Assembly (NCBI GenBank): GCA_010093815.1
Contig: ML996573.1
Strand: one strand, 5' to 3'
DNA length: 64,000 nt
DNA from: Pseudovirgaria hyperparasitica
Taxonomy: Eukaryota
Shown piece by piece: positions 25,541-40,536 of this stretch. The first letter of the stretch is position 1. Each line of letters begins with the position of its first letter. A program made the translations under genes and the position numbers. The notes beneath the pieces were generated by a model, which was given only the letters and a program-made list of their open reading frames with translations, was not told the origin of the DNA and ran no database searches.

Positions 25541-26081
25541 ATGAATGTTGAACGGCTGAACCGATAATATCAAAGTACTAACACATATTCGGCACGGAGT
25601 GGCAGCTCCGGAAGCGGCTGAGGACTAGCACCACAAGGCTGCAGTTCTCTATACTCACACAAGAACGTGACCTTTTGGGAACGAGGACGTAATTGTTCAA
25701 AAGAAGACCGGAGTGTATGCTCCTAAGCTAGTTGTGTTTTCTATACAACCAGCCACGTGAAATTTGAGGCTCACGCCTCGTGGCGTAACGCCGTTTGACA
25801 TCCTAATTGAAGACCGGATCCGTCCTTCGATGACAAGCTCCGGAGATGTAAGGCTCAACATTAAACGGGTCCCAAATATAGCGTCTTGCCATATGACGCG
25901 GGTAACATGTCTAGTTCGGCGCAAGTCTCCGCACTGTTTGATATTAGTTGACGGGCAGTAGACTCATATAGTCCTGGCAGGACTGGGCAATCGTGAACTG
26001 TTGTTTCCCATGTCATAACTAACATCGTGATGTCCGGATTCCGAGGCAAGCTTCACAAGATCGCGCTAGCTGGAATCGTGT

Positions 26082-26098
26082 CGGATTATAGATCACCG
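26082..26098. promoter_or_regulatory. CGG-N11-CCG Zn2Cys6 activator site (Gal4/CLR-2 type) in the divergent transporter/GH5 promoter
   Basis: CGG ATTATAGATCA CCG. An inverted CGGAG-N6-CTCCG (CGG-N10-CCG) also occurs at 25595-25610. Confidence 0.35.
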
Positions 26099-26745
26099 GC
26101 CCCTGTTAGGCTTAGCGCTCGCTCGCTGCCGGCCTCAGATCGACCACGCGGTGTTGCAGATCTCAACCACACCGTTCACACCATCCTCATGTAGCCCTAC
26201 AGGCCGAAGAACCTGAGTCGCCAAACTACCTTCAGTCGTCAAGGCCCATGATGAACGAATCGCCATGTGAGCGGAGAATACTTGTCCGCGCTGAAATGCG
26301 ACAGCCAGGAGTGCTGATAGATTATGGACATGACTACGACACACCGAAGCGCGACACTCGGGGAGGAGTTGGTCGCGATGGACATGACTACATACGCAGC
26401 AACGTAGCAGTTAGATGGGTTTTGGTCGCGTGTAGACATGTCTAAACACGCTGTAAGTGGCAATTGGATAGCAGACGGTAGGGTGTGGACATTATTACTC
26501 GCGCTATACACGCTACGTATAGCACCGTCTGATCTCCCGTTGCGAGGACAAGACTTTGGGGCCATGATTCCGTAGTTGCACGACATAACGACGCTGGACG
26601 GGAGATCGTCGAAGAGATATAAATATGAGGGTGAAGAACTGAAGAAGATGGATTTTATTCTACAAGACACGACAGCGACTATAGCAAGAACACCTGTATC
26701 TTACTCAGAAAATCCAAATATTCAGATTCATCTCAGACAGACAAC

Positions 26746-27902
26746 ATGAAGTTTCTCGCGAGCCTCCTTGCACTCGCTGTTGCGCTTCCCAGTGCTTCAG
26801 CATTGCCACTGGAACAGCGAGATATCACTACCAGCTGGGCAGGAGTCAACTCTTACTTCTTGCACGCTTATCAAAAGTACTATCTCATTTGGCTCCGCGA
26901 TTTCTCCTAGAACACAACTGACATGACACAAGGTCTGATCGCATCGCTGTTTTAGACGCAATCAAAGCGGCTAAACTCAAGACTGTGCGGATATTCATTT
27001 CTCACACGTATGCCAACAACAAGGACACCAACTCGGTCGAAATGCCCGACATCGAGCCCGACGAAGTCGGCGAATGGGACGACACCCAGCTCAGAGCCAT
27101 CGATCAACTCATGGTCGAAGCCAAGGATCGCGGCATCAAGCTCATCATTGCGCTCCATGATCGATACATGCTCGGGTGCTGGGGCTCCGACGCCTACGTC
27201 TCGAAGTACAAGCTGCCTGCTGTCGACTGTGGCACACCCGGAGCCATCAAGGACAACGACGTTACATGGTGGTACCAGGACCCATCACCCATCTACGACT
27301 TCGAGAATCGCATCGCGCACATCCTGAACCATCAGAACTCCCTGCTCGGTGGCAAGGCATGGAAGGATCTCAGCGATTACATCTTCTCCTTCAACATCCA
27401 GAATGAAGGCCAGGGGCACCTGCGCAATAACGTCGCGCCTGCGCCCAACTGGTGGTGCGACCGCAGCAAGAAGATGCGCTCTATCATGGGCAGCAGCAAG
27501 ATCCTGGTCTCGACTGGCGGCGGCAACGAATTTTCTAACTCTGACATCTCACAGAACTGGGCATGCAACACGCTAGACGTTGTTGATATCCACTCGTACA
27601 ACGGTGTCGACGGTTTCAAGCAAAACGCACCAACATCCCTGAACCGTGCGAAGAGTGCTGGAAAACTGGTGCTGTTCGAGGAGTTTGGCGCGATTGGCGA
27701 CTCCAAATCGAGCCAAGTCCAGCAGCATATTGACGTCTTCAACGGACTCAAGGCACCGTGGATGATCTGGCAGATTAACAAACCGGGCAAGGGAAGTGCT
27801 GATTTCGAGTTCTGGACTGATGAGGCGACATACGGAGTCGTGAAGACTGGGGCTGAGAAGGCACTGACTTTGACTGCTGCCCAGTCTTTTAGGAATCTCT
27901 GA
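26746..27902 (+). CDS. Secreted glycoside hydrolase family 5 (mannanase-like); exons 26746-26876, 26933-27902
   Basis: Signal peptide MKFLASLLALAVALPSASA, WAGVNSYFLHA, VRIFI, KLIIALHDRY, acid/base FNIQNEG, VDIHSY, nucleophile LFEEFG, WMIWQ. Confidence 0.9.
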
Positions 27903-29251
27903 GGTTAGAGATGGACTTTCGTTTTTGTTGATACGTGATATGATGCACATGATTAGTTGATGATTTGGTAAGACTGAGGCAGATGTACATAAGGGGCTTC
28001 GAAGCAGAGCACGTGTTGGGCTTGTTTCGGAAGTATATACAATGAATTAGTGACAGAAGATGCGGAGCTGTCTGCAGTGTACTTACCGTGTGAGTTGATG
28101 AACCACTATCTAGAGAGAACCGTCATAGCCCACAGTCCCGATGATTATCTTCACATCAGTCCTTGTGTTCCTAAATAAAAGAAACTCTGGATAATACTAC
28201 ACAAGAGAACTCCAGCTGCAGCTCATAACGAGAGAATATGCGCTATAATGTGATTGATGGTCAGATTTACGCAATCTACAGCTAGAAGAAACTGGGATGT
28301 CTTCTGTTCGATAGACGATATATGAGCTTTGTGGTTGGGACAGACAGTGGTATACCTTGGCCGAGGCACAAAATCTTGTGTGCAACACTGCCTTAAAAGA
28401 TGTCATCCTCGGAAGGGAGCAAGACTAGGAGCTTCTAGGCAGATTTAAACTAGATATTTCTCTGCTTAATGCTAGACATATCGTACCTACAATTACGGAA
28501 AGTAGCGATATGTTCACATTATAACAAGAACATCTGAGTAAATCACTGCAATAGGACTATCACTTTCTCTTATGGAGCGTATATATTACAGTCACCCAGC
28601 AGAGTAGAACAACGATACTCTCGACTTAGTATACTCATCACGCAAGGCAAAATGGTAGAGATTCAGGATAACGCCAATTAGGTAGAAGTTAAGTGAGTAT
28701 TTGCATTTGGTGGTGGATGTCACACTACAAGGGGCTTGGATAAAGTGAGATCTCATATAACGAGAGACGGTCAGATGAAACAGCTAACGATGAGCAAGGT
28801 ATATCCTATGGAAAGGCTCTTAGCAGCAGCCCACACTGCTGTTGTAGGTCCGAAGATCTTTGTTACTTCTGAATTGGTATCCAAAAAACGACTCCCTCAG
28901 ATCCGACAGTCATGGGAAAGGGTGACTAACAGTGCTATACATAGCTCTTCCAAGCAAGAAGAGGTATCTACGTTCAAGATAGGCATTCGAAATATAGGCA
29001 TATCATGTGTGAGTATCATCCATACTATCAACCTCCTCACCCATCCACGATCACCACATCACACGCAGAAGCACGCATGTCAAGCAAGAGCGCATATATT
29101 CACACTTCCAAAGACGCAACGTACTGCTAACCCCGACTTGCTCCATACATTACAGAACAGGCCCGCAAACTCGACGCCCACACCACCCCCGGGCTCCCCC
29201 ATCTCCACCTATATCCAACAGCCCGAACCCTGCTCTCCCCCTCCACCTCCT

Positions 29252-29587
29252 TCAGGGCCGCCGTCCCAGATACAGTACAACAATGAGCGACGCTCTAGGC
29301 GCCGCTCGCGCCGCCCTCCTTCTCAGCACCGCGCGAGAAGGGGTCGAGGGGGGAGCAACCGCTGCCCTGAGGGCGTGTTGGCGGACCAGCGCCGCGACAG
29401 CAACTCTCTTCTCGGCGAGGAACGCCTCGAGCTCTGCATTCGTCAAAAGACGAGGGCGCTTGCAGGGCGATGCGTCGCGAGGGGCGGTGGATAGGAGGCT
29501 TGTGGTGTTGTCGTCGGAAGTGGGTGAGGATGCGTCTGTGGTGAACTTGCGCTTGTTTGAGAGTGGAGAATTGGTTTGTTGAGGCAT
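29252..29587 (-). CDS. Small basic orphan protein (111 aa)
   Basis: Good ATG context, pyrimidine-rich leader, TATAAAA at 29748-29742, NLS-like KRKF and SPCKRPR. No recognised homology. Confidence 0.4.
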   Translation of the reverse strand: MPQQTNSPLSNKRKFTTDASSPTSDDNTTSLLSTAPRDASPCKRPRLLTNAELEAFLAEKRVAVAALVRQHALRAAVAPPSTPSRAVLRRRAARAAPRASLIVVLYLGRRP

Positions 29588-31964
29588 GTTGCCTAGTAGT
29601 GTTGGAGAAGAGGGTTGGTGATTGAGGAGAGGTTGGAGGATTGATGGAGATTTGTAGTTGGTTGGGAAGTCAATTGATGGTATGACTTGTGAGGATAGTG
29701 CTGAGGAGAAAGTCGAGAGGTGAGAGGGAGATAGGACGGCCTTTTATACTGGCAGAGGAGTGCAAAATGGTGGTGGCTGGAAAAATCTCTGAATGGGGGC
29801 GTCCTCAATAGCGAATGTCTCAATAGCAGGCGATCAAATGGATGACTCGACAATAAGGTGGAAGTGAATCAAGAGAGCGAATGAGAGAAGACCTGGGTTG
29901 CGCTTGGACTCCGTGAACAGTGTAAAGACAATAAGCGGTCCCGCTGTGCGGTCAAGTGAACAAGTGAACCTCACTCAATCCGGCTTCGAATTGGCGCCTT
30001 ATTCAAATAGGTACCAGAAGCCCGGTCTCTACTATCTCTAAAACACTCTATTGTATTCGCCGCTCTCGTTAAGCTGCTCTCATCCTGAAGTCTCTCAGCC
30101 CCCTGAACCTCAATCGATACAATTGCTGCTAGAGCTCTTCCCTACTGTCCTTCACCAATATCATCATCAGAGTGGCATTTAGTACCTCGCTTCCTATATC
30201 GATGTGGCTTCCAATTGAATAATGTGCGTAATGCACCCAGTAGGACTTGCGTGTCACACGCAGTGCATAGATGCTTATGGCACACTCTCCAGGCCTGTCA
30301 GTGAGATAGTTCTTGAACGGATTCGTGATATGAAGAAATCAAGGGTGTAGAAATTACCCCGATAGTGAGCTATGGGTAACATAGTTTGGAATTGATGTGA
30401 TCGTCTCGTAGTTTGGCAGCGGCTTGACTGGTGGCCCACCCTGCTCAAGAGTAGATCGGGAAGCTTCATTGTAGCTTATGTGCTCAGCTGAAGGGGAGGG
30501 TCAATGGATGAGGGTATGCACCAAAGAGGAGCAGTGATACGCTATGGACGTGCCTCACAAGTGGAGATGTACTAACTGTATATTGTGACATGTAGGCAAG
30601 ATAACTGGACGAGAATGGCAGTAGATTCTTCTTGACTGTATGCAGACAAGCAATGGATATTTGATCATAAAAATGATATAAGAACAAGGAATGAGATGAC
30701 GCGAGACATGATCTAAGAATCGGTATCGAACGATGGTAAAGATAACTCTATATGCATACCTCCGTGGATGGTTTACACTAGTGTTATCAATAGAACACTG
30801 TCACATTAGCTGAAGTCATCTTGGTGGCTACATTTCTACCTAGGCTGATGGGTAGAAGAAATTACCGCCTGATGAGTAGTACTGGCCTGAACCATAATTA
30901 AAATATCGTGTATACTCATATGAACTGATACTCGAAGATTAAACAATATGTTGACCTCACAAAATGAAAACGACCCGTCACCTCGCCATTGCTCAGATGA
31001 TCGCCTATACCGTGGTCGTATTGAACTGCTGAAGTATCAGATATACCAATAACCATAAAGCAAACGAGTCCAATGTAAGGATTATCTACCTAGAAGAAGA
31101 TGAGCCCACGAGCCGCGATGCTGGCAATGTAGGGCTTAGAGAGAATATGTATGACCCGCAGGATCAGGCTCCGTCCCAGCATCGTAGTGGCCGAAGAAAG
31201 TTTGGTATATATTTTGCGGTCAGTACGTTCCATGGTCAGTTCTGTGTCCAAAGATTCACCCAGATACAGCCGCATATGAAAGCCTAGTATACACTACCCC
31301 CGACAAACATGGTCGCAAAGGGGTCCTGACTCAACATGTCATCAAGAAATGAGTACTTTTGGTTCTTGCCTTGAAAGTGACGGAATTCGTCTGTAAGCTG
31401 CACGGGAGATACCAGCCACTGTTATGATGCTGGTTCGCAGGCATGTACTATGACAGTCGTCGTCAGGACTCGAGAGGACGTACTTCAGGCTGAAACTTAC
31501 TTATAAAATGGTCCTCTCAGCACGTGAAACCGTACTTCTCTTCTACATTCGTTGGATTGGCCACGATATAGAGCTATGTAAACGTTTTAGAAAAAGTGAG
31601 CGCTAGTTGCAGGCCACACTCGTTACGTTTCTCTAATACTTTAATGATACATGGTATTTCGACTATGTCTGAAGAAAGCTAATCAACTGTTAAGAACTAA
31701 GTGTGTGGACGATGCTCATATCGAATTGACCTTTATATACTACCGAGAGACGAATGGTTGTGAGAAAGTCTGGACAGCGCTGTGCAAGCTATATCAATCT
31801 GCATCTACTCAACTACGCTATCAGACGAGTGAATTTCTGAAAATGGATGACCGTATTATTTTGATACCGAATATATCACGACACATGTTCGATAGTCATT
31901 CACGTGAGCTCTACTACACGAGCGCGAGAGGGACATCAGATATCTCATACTTCGCTGCGTGCAT

Positions 31965-32864
31965 TTACAGTCCATCTGCATGACAGTCAAGCTCCCAAAC
32001 AAGCTTCTTTTCTTGTGGAAAAGGCAAATTCCCCTCCAGTCCCCCGTTCCAGTGCACAAGATCCTGTACAGAACTCTCTAGGCCTTGAGCAAGGAGGACT
32101 TTCACTGTTGGATCCCAGCCACGAGCACGACGCTTCTCGCTGAGCACATTGCGGACCCCATGAGGATCATCGGTCCATGGCATGTAGCCTTTAGATGCCT
32201 CGCCACTGGTAGTAACCGTATATTCATCCCCTGAATCATGTCAACCATAACGAGACGCAGCAACGAAAGTTGAGCATAGGGGCTTACAGTCCATAGGAGG
32301 GTCAATACCGGAGACTGTTATGGATTTTTTAGGCCAGCGTATAGCATTCGCATGAAGCTCAAGGAATCTACGAGCCTTAAAGGCGTGGGTCACTACACGT
32401 ATGCTCCCAGGATATCTCCCTGTCCTTTTGCGAAATGCGATGATGGAGAAGAGCAGATTCTGGTAACTGTCTGTGGCATGTTCTTCAAGTAACAACGTGC
32501 CCGCCGTGAATGCTTGCTGAGCATGGCTTCTGACCTCGTCTGAGGTGTGTAGTAGTGCATGATAGTAACTCTCTGATTCGCTTAGCTCAGTAATGTTGCG
32601 CTTCGTTCGACCTCCTGATATTACGAGGATACTCTTGTTGCGCCAAGCACCTGTGCGAGTCATATTCAATCCTGTTGTAACATGATGGATGAAGGTTTCG
32701 TGCTCGCTCTGCTTAGTCGCAGTACTCTTCTGGAAATGTTGGAGAAGCCAAGCGATCTCATCATATGGATCTGCGTCCGGCGTAGAACGTGAGCCCAGGT
32801 ATATGGCGTGGCAGCATACGATTACAAGGTTGGTATACGTTGAAAGGTCCGGTGATGAAAGCAT
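31965..32864 (-). CDS. DUF218/YOR238W-like conserved fungal protein; exons 32864-32288, 32230-31965
   Basis: LVIVCCHAIYLG, EHETFIHHV, ISGGRTK, LSESESY, EEHATDSYQNLLFSI, HAFKARRFLELH, GIDPP|, DPHG..KRRARGW. Confidence 0.85.
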
Positions 32865-33230
32865 TTTGTGGTACAAGCGCCTCAAGGCTCACCATACCTG
32901 GTGCGCCTGAATATGCAAGGCTCAAGCAGATGACCACAGAGGACTGACAGTCACTTACATGCTAATACTTACCTAATATTGTGGCTGGTAAGTCGGTGTA
33001 GTCTTTGCGGCGTAGCACGGCGGATACGGATCAATGCAGTGTAACAATGGCACACTGTTCCACAAGTAGATGCAATGAACGATGATGAAGAGTCTTCCAT
33101 CCAGCGGCACATGTGAGAGAGAGGAAAGCGATTAACAGCGGTATAAGCTTTACAATGGGATCTTGGTAGACGGCAGAGCGCTTCGGGTTGAGCTGAGCAG
33201 GCAACAAGGAGAGGTTTGCGAACTGAGAGT

Positions 33231-33286
33231 AAGGCTACGAGGCTATGAGGCTATGAGGCTATGAGGCAGTGAGGCAGTGAGCCAGC
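33231..33286. repeat. Degenerate 8-bp tandem repeat, 7 copies (GAGGCTAT/GAGGCAGT)
   Basis: aaggctac gaggctat gaggctat gaggctat gaggcagt gaggcagt gagccagc, read directly. Confidence 0.85.
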
Positions 33287-34701
33287 AAGACAAGGCCGCC
33301 ATACCTAAAATGGTTTGGGCCATAGGCGAGATTGTAACCTTTGACTGGTGGATACACTGATATAGGACCACAAGTGGTGCAGACGAAGCTTCAACCGCGT
33401 GTTGGCGGCTGGAGTTTGAGTTTAAGTTCCTATGAAGCGTTCGTTAGAATCAGGGTCTACCATTCCGTCAGGTCCGCCGACGACGCTGCCCCAAGACACA
33501 AGAATAGAAGGGAATATGCAGATCGCTCGCCTCAAGGCTCTGCTCATGCTCAGGAAAGGGGCAACAGTAACTATTGGGTGGCAAGGCTCAGCATATTATC
33601 TATCATTCACCCGGCGATATTCCATGGTGATGATGAAGAAGAAGATGAAAGCCATCTGCAAGGATATGAGCACGCATTCGCATTCGCATCCAAGTCCGCA
33701 GTCGATTACTATCGGAGGTAATCTGGCGGCTAGGTATAGACGATGGTATGTAAGTATGATGTGACTAAAATAGATCATGGTGGCAGCCTAGTGAGTCCAG
33801 TGCCAATACATTGCGGCAGACCAGGGCGCCACCTTGGGAACAGTCCGCAGCATGCAATAATATGTACCTAAAAGCCTTTCCAACTTTGCCGCGCGTGAGA
33901 GGAATAAAAGATGCCGAGTGTTGCTGTGTGAGTGGGGCGGCATATGTAGCCCCCACAACGAAGCCTTGGGGTTGTAATTAACTGCTATGTCTCTGGAGCT
34001 ACCATGGATGTCTCAACGCGAATTGATCTTAATGGTTATGATCGGGTGCAATCATTCACCGAGGCAAGAAGAACATGTAATAATTAGCTGTTTATACCAT
34101 AATACATGATGAATACAACCAGAACTTCTAGAAGGCTAGTAAAGCGTAAATGAGGAGCGACATGGCTGGCACGACGATTGATTGGCCCTAATCGGTGGCC
34201 GTGTACGCGCTGAAACATGCGTCTTTTGGGTCTCTCTGGGCCCTGTTAGGGGGGGGCTTTGGGGGCTTCTGGGCTGTCGTTTGGCTGGTTTGGCTTCCCT
34301 CACCCGCCAACAGCAGCCCGGTCCAGCTCCCTGTCCTGCCCTCCTTGCCTTGCCTCTCCACTCTCCCCCTGCTGTTTTGTTGGTTGCACGCAGCCTCGCA
34401 CGCTCATACTGTAGTCTGAGTCCCTCAAAGTCCTCACGCGCTGTCAGAGTTTCATCAAGGCGCAGCATCCTTAGCCCACACCCGATCTGCTTAGCGCTAT
34501 TCCTGCCAGTCCTTCAGCTCCTCCAAAGCTGATCAGCCTTTTGCTGACTTTTCTTCTCCCTACGACCTCAGGTCTTGTTTCGCATCCCCTTTATTACATT
34601 ATCCTCTACCTACACACTCGCTCTGCATCTTTCGATTCATCTCTTTTTGTTTTGCACCCTCTGACGATCTCGCCTTCTCCCACTCCTCCTTCAGCCTCGT
34701 C

Positions 34702-37682
<2,981 letters not shown>

Positions 37683-38126
37683 GCAGGCAGGAAACGCATC
37701 CCGTCGGACCTTCCCAACATCTACAGTTGAAATTAAGGGTCTAAGACCATGTACTGGCTGGCCAAGTGGCTTTAATGATAAAGCGAGACCAAAAACTGTA
37801 ATCTTAGCTAGTTGTGCGGCGTTTTGGGCACCTCTGGAAGTTGTCATTTCGGCTGATCTTCTTTTGTGTAAAACTTCATAACCGTAGATTGGCCGTCACT
37901 TCCTTCGTTTAAATTTATCTCGCTCGAGGCGCGGACTGCGTCGCGAGGTTACGATCCTAGTCACGAATATATTCATTTCTTATTAAATATACGTTATCCA
38001 CGTGACTAGGCAATACATATGCATGCCGCGCTCCACTGTCTATCAACAAGTTTCTGATGAACCTGAGACTCTAAACCTCAATTTCACGGAATTTCACGGA
38101 CCTGATCGACTATACGTAGCATAACA

Positions 38127-38910
38127 ATGAGCCGAAACGCTCTCTCCATTTCCTACGATCAACGCGCACTGTATCCTCAATGTCTTCAATCAGACCATTC
38201 TTCTACGTGCCATACTCGATATTCGTTTATAACATTAGCGTTCTATATCTCACTTTGTCTTGCACCAGTGACGCCAACCGCTCTTTCGTGTCCCGTCACG
38301 ACGCAATCCGTAAAGGAGTAGGCACAGCGATCACCGACAATCCAAGCTTGAATTGCAGACTTCACGGTGTCGGCGGCTACGAAGGGGAGGGACTGACCGG
38401 ACAGCCGCAACCGATCATTCTTGATGCGCACTGCAAGTGGAAGCTCGGGAACGGGAATGCAAATGCACTAAAGCTGGCGAGCACGGGACAAGGTAAGTCA
38501 CGATGGATTTTATATGTACAGGAACCAATTGAGGACGACCAAAATGCCTTGGAGAAGGTTGGCGGGTAAGCATATCAAGATCAGCACGTGTGGTTGTCAC
38601 GCTGAACAGGCGGGTGCTCAATTGGATTGGATGGACATCCTGGCTGCGTTGAAAGAGGACGGAATTCGTACTATCATGACTGAGGGCGCGGGAAGAGTTA
38701 TCAATGATCTTCTCGGGCTACAGTTATTCGAATTTGGTCGACTCGGTGATTGTCACGGTTGCGCCTGTATGGCGTGGGTATGGTGGTGTCGTAGTGTGTC
38801 CAGAAAGGAGGGTTGAGAGCGCGATTCCGGTGCCGATTGAAAGTTTGCGCGAGGTAAAGTGGACGCCATTGGGCGAGGATGTGGTTCTTTGTGGGAGTTC
38901 AAAGAAATAA
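38127..38910 (+). pseudogene. RIB7: Disrupted RIB7 (2,5-diamino-6-ribosylamino-pyrimidinone 5'-phosphate reductase, RibD C-terminal fold)
   Basis: RIB7 motifs are spread over successive frames: SLCLAPVTPTALSCP / SRHDAI..GVGTAITDNPSLNCRLHGVGGY..GQPQPIILD / LDWMDILAAL..IMTEGAGRVINDLL / LVDSVIVTVAP..GGVVVCPERR..WTPLGEDVVLCG. Frameshifts at about 38292, 38565 and 38720. Confidence 0.85.
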
Positions 38911-39236
38911 GCCTTTCTCGCCGAAGGTGGAATGCAGGCGAAGGGTGATCTCATATATGCATTCAACGCTGCTTATCGGCTAGCCTATGAGTAGTTGGGC
39001 CGACACCTGGCCGGGGTGGGGCGCGAGGCACTCAGAGTCCATCAGGCAGCGAAGTCATCGATTGCGACCACGTACTTTTGACATCCAGCTGTCCTTCTCC
39101 TCCTCCGAACACCTTGAGGTTCCCTAAGTTCTCTTACTCCTCTCCTTAACGTCTCCTTGTAATATCAAGCGCAAGCTTTTGCGTCATCCTTTCTTACCGT
39201 ATTTGCCCGCGTCTATCCTAGTCAAACGGCGCCACC

Positions 39237-40013
39237 ATGCTGAAGATATGGTCTATGGTCAGTCCCTCCTCAAAGCTGTGCTCTCGCGACTCCTAGCCTA
39301 TTAAAGATGAATCTTGCTGACTTAAAGACCAGAAACAACAGCAGCAGCAGGCTGAGACCGCTCAAGCCGGGCAAAAGAAGAAAAAAGTCACAGCTGCCCA
39401 GCTTAGGGTGCAGAAAGGTAGAGCATCCCTCCCGGTCCACACTACACTACACTAGACCAGATTATTGGAGCCAAAAGAGCGACCTACGAAGATAAATCTG
39501 AGTACTGATTTTTATAGACTTGTCGGAACTGTCGCTAGGGTCTACGATGCGGACTGAATTCCCAAACCCTGACGATATCCTCAACTTCAATCTCATTATC
39601 GATCCGGACGAGGGAATGTACAAAGGAGGGAGCTTCTTATTCCACTTCGCTATCAATCAGAACTTTCCACACGACCCCCCGAAAGTCAAGTGTACACAGA
39701 CAATATACCATCCTAACATTGATCTGGAAGGCAACGTCTGCCTGAACATTCTGAGGGAGGACTGGAAGCCAGTTCTAAACCTGAATGCCGTTATTGTTGG
39801 TCTACAGGTGAGTATGCTTTACAACTGCTCGTCTTGCAAAGACTGATCTACCTAATTTAGTTTCTCTTCCTCGAACCGAACGCATCAGACCCGCTTAACA
39901 AAGAGGCTGCAGAAGATCTCAAATCAAACCGAGAGGGCTTCAAACGAAATGTCCGTACTTCCATGGGAGGAGGCTCCATCAGGGGACAGACTTTCGCTAG
40001 GGTGCTGAAATAA
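39237..40013 (+). CDS. UBC12: NEDD8-conjugating enzyme E2; exons 39237-39257, 39333-39417, 39518-39807, 39861-40013
   Basis: MLKIWSM N-terminus, [56 protein letters not shown]. Confidence 0.97.
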
Positions 40014-40536
40014 TGATACCCGGGACGTACTGGTTCTGCATTTTCTACACTAGTGTTACATAGGATGGTGGTGAAGCGTGCATATTTGGATTTAGCAAGC
40101 ATGTGGGCGTTCTATGGTGATAGCATGGTTACCATATGATACTGTACGTCGTGCGGAATGATGGCATAGAGAGGTGATATGCGTGCATAGAGGTGGAAGT
40201 ATTAGACGATGTAGAGGGTGTAATGAAACCCGAAACACTCAAGACCTTCTTAAATATGTTATACTTCTTGACAGAGGTTTGCAGTGTACCGAAAAGTCCT
40301 ATCAGAAATGCTGCAATATCTAATGTCACGTGCTTATTATGATGGCCGGGGAGCAAATCGCATCTCCGGCACACCGCCGACATCGCTCGGCTGGGCTCTT
40401 CCCCAGATGGACCGTGCAACTTTTTGCTTTGCTCTGATGAAAACCGTCCGACATCCACTTGTTCCCAGTCATCCTCAATTGACACTTCTTTACCTCTCCA
40501 CTCCAATTTTTCCCATCTCACACATCCCAAATCACA

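Noticed and set aside
28736..29494. 252-aa + strand ORF
   Set aside because: Non-ATG start, low complexity, and partly antisense to the TATA-supported 29587 ORF.
38566..38609. GTAAGC..CAG intron that might rescue RIB7
   Set aside because: Splicing leaves the downstream LDWMDIL segment out of frame, and the other two frameshifts remain.
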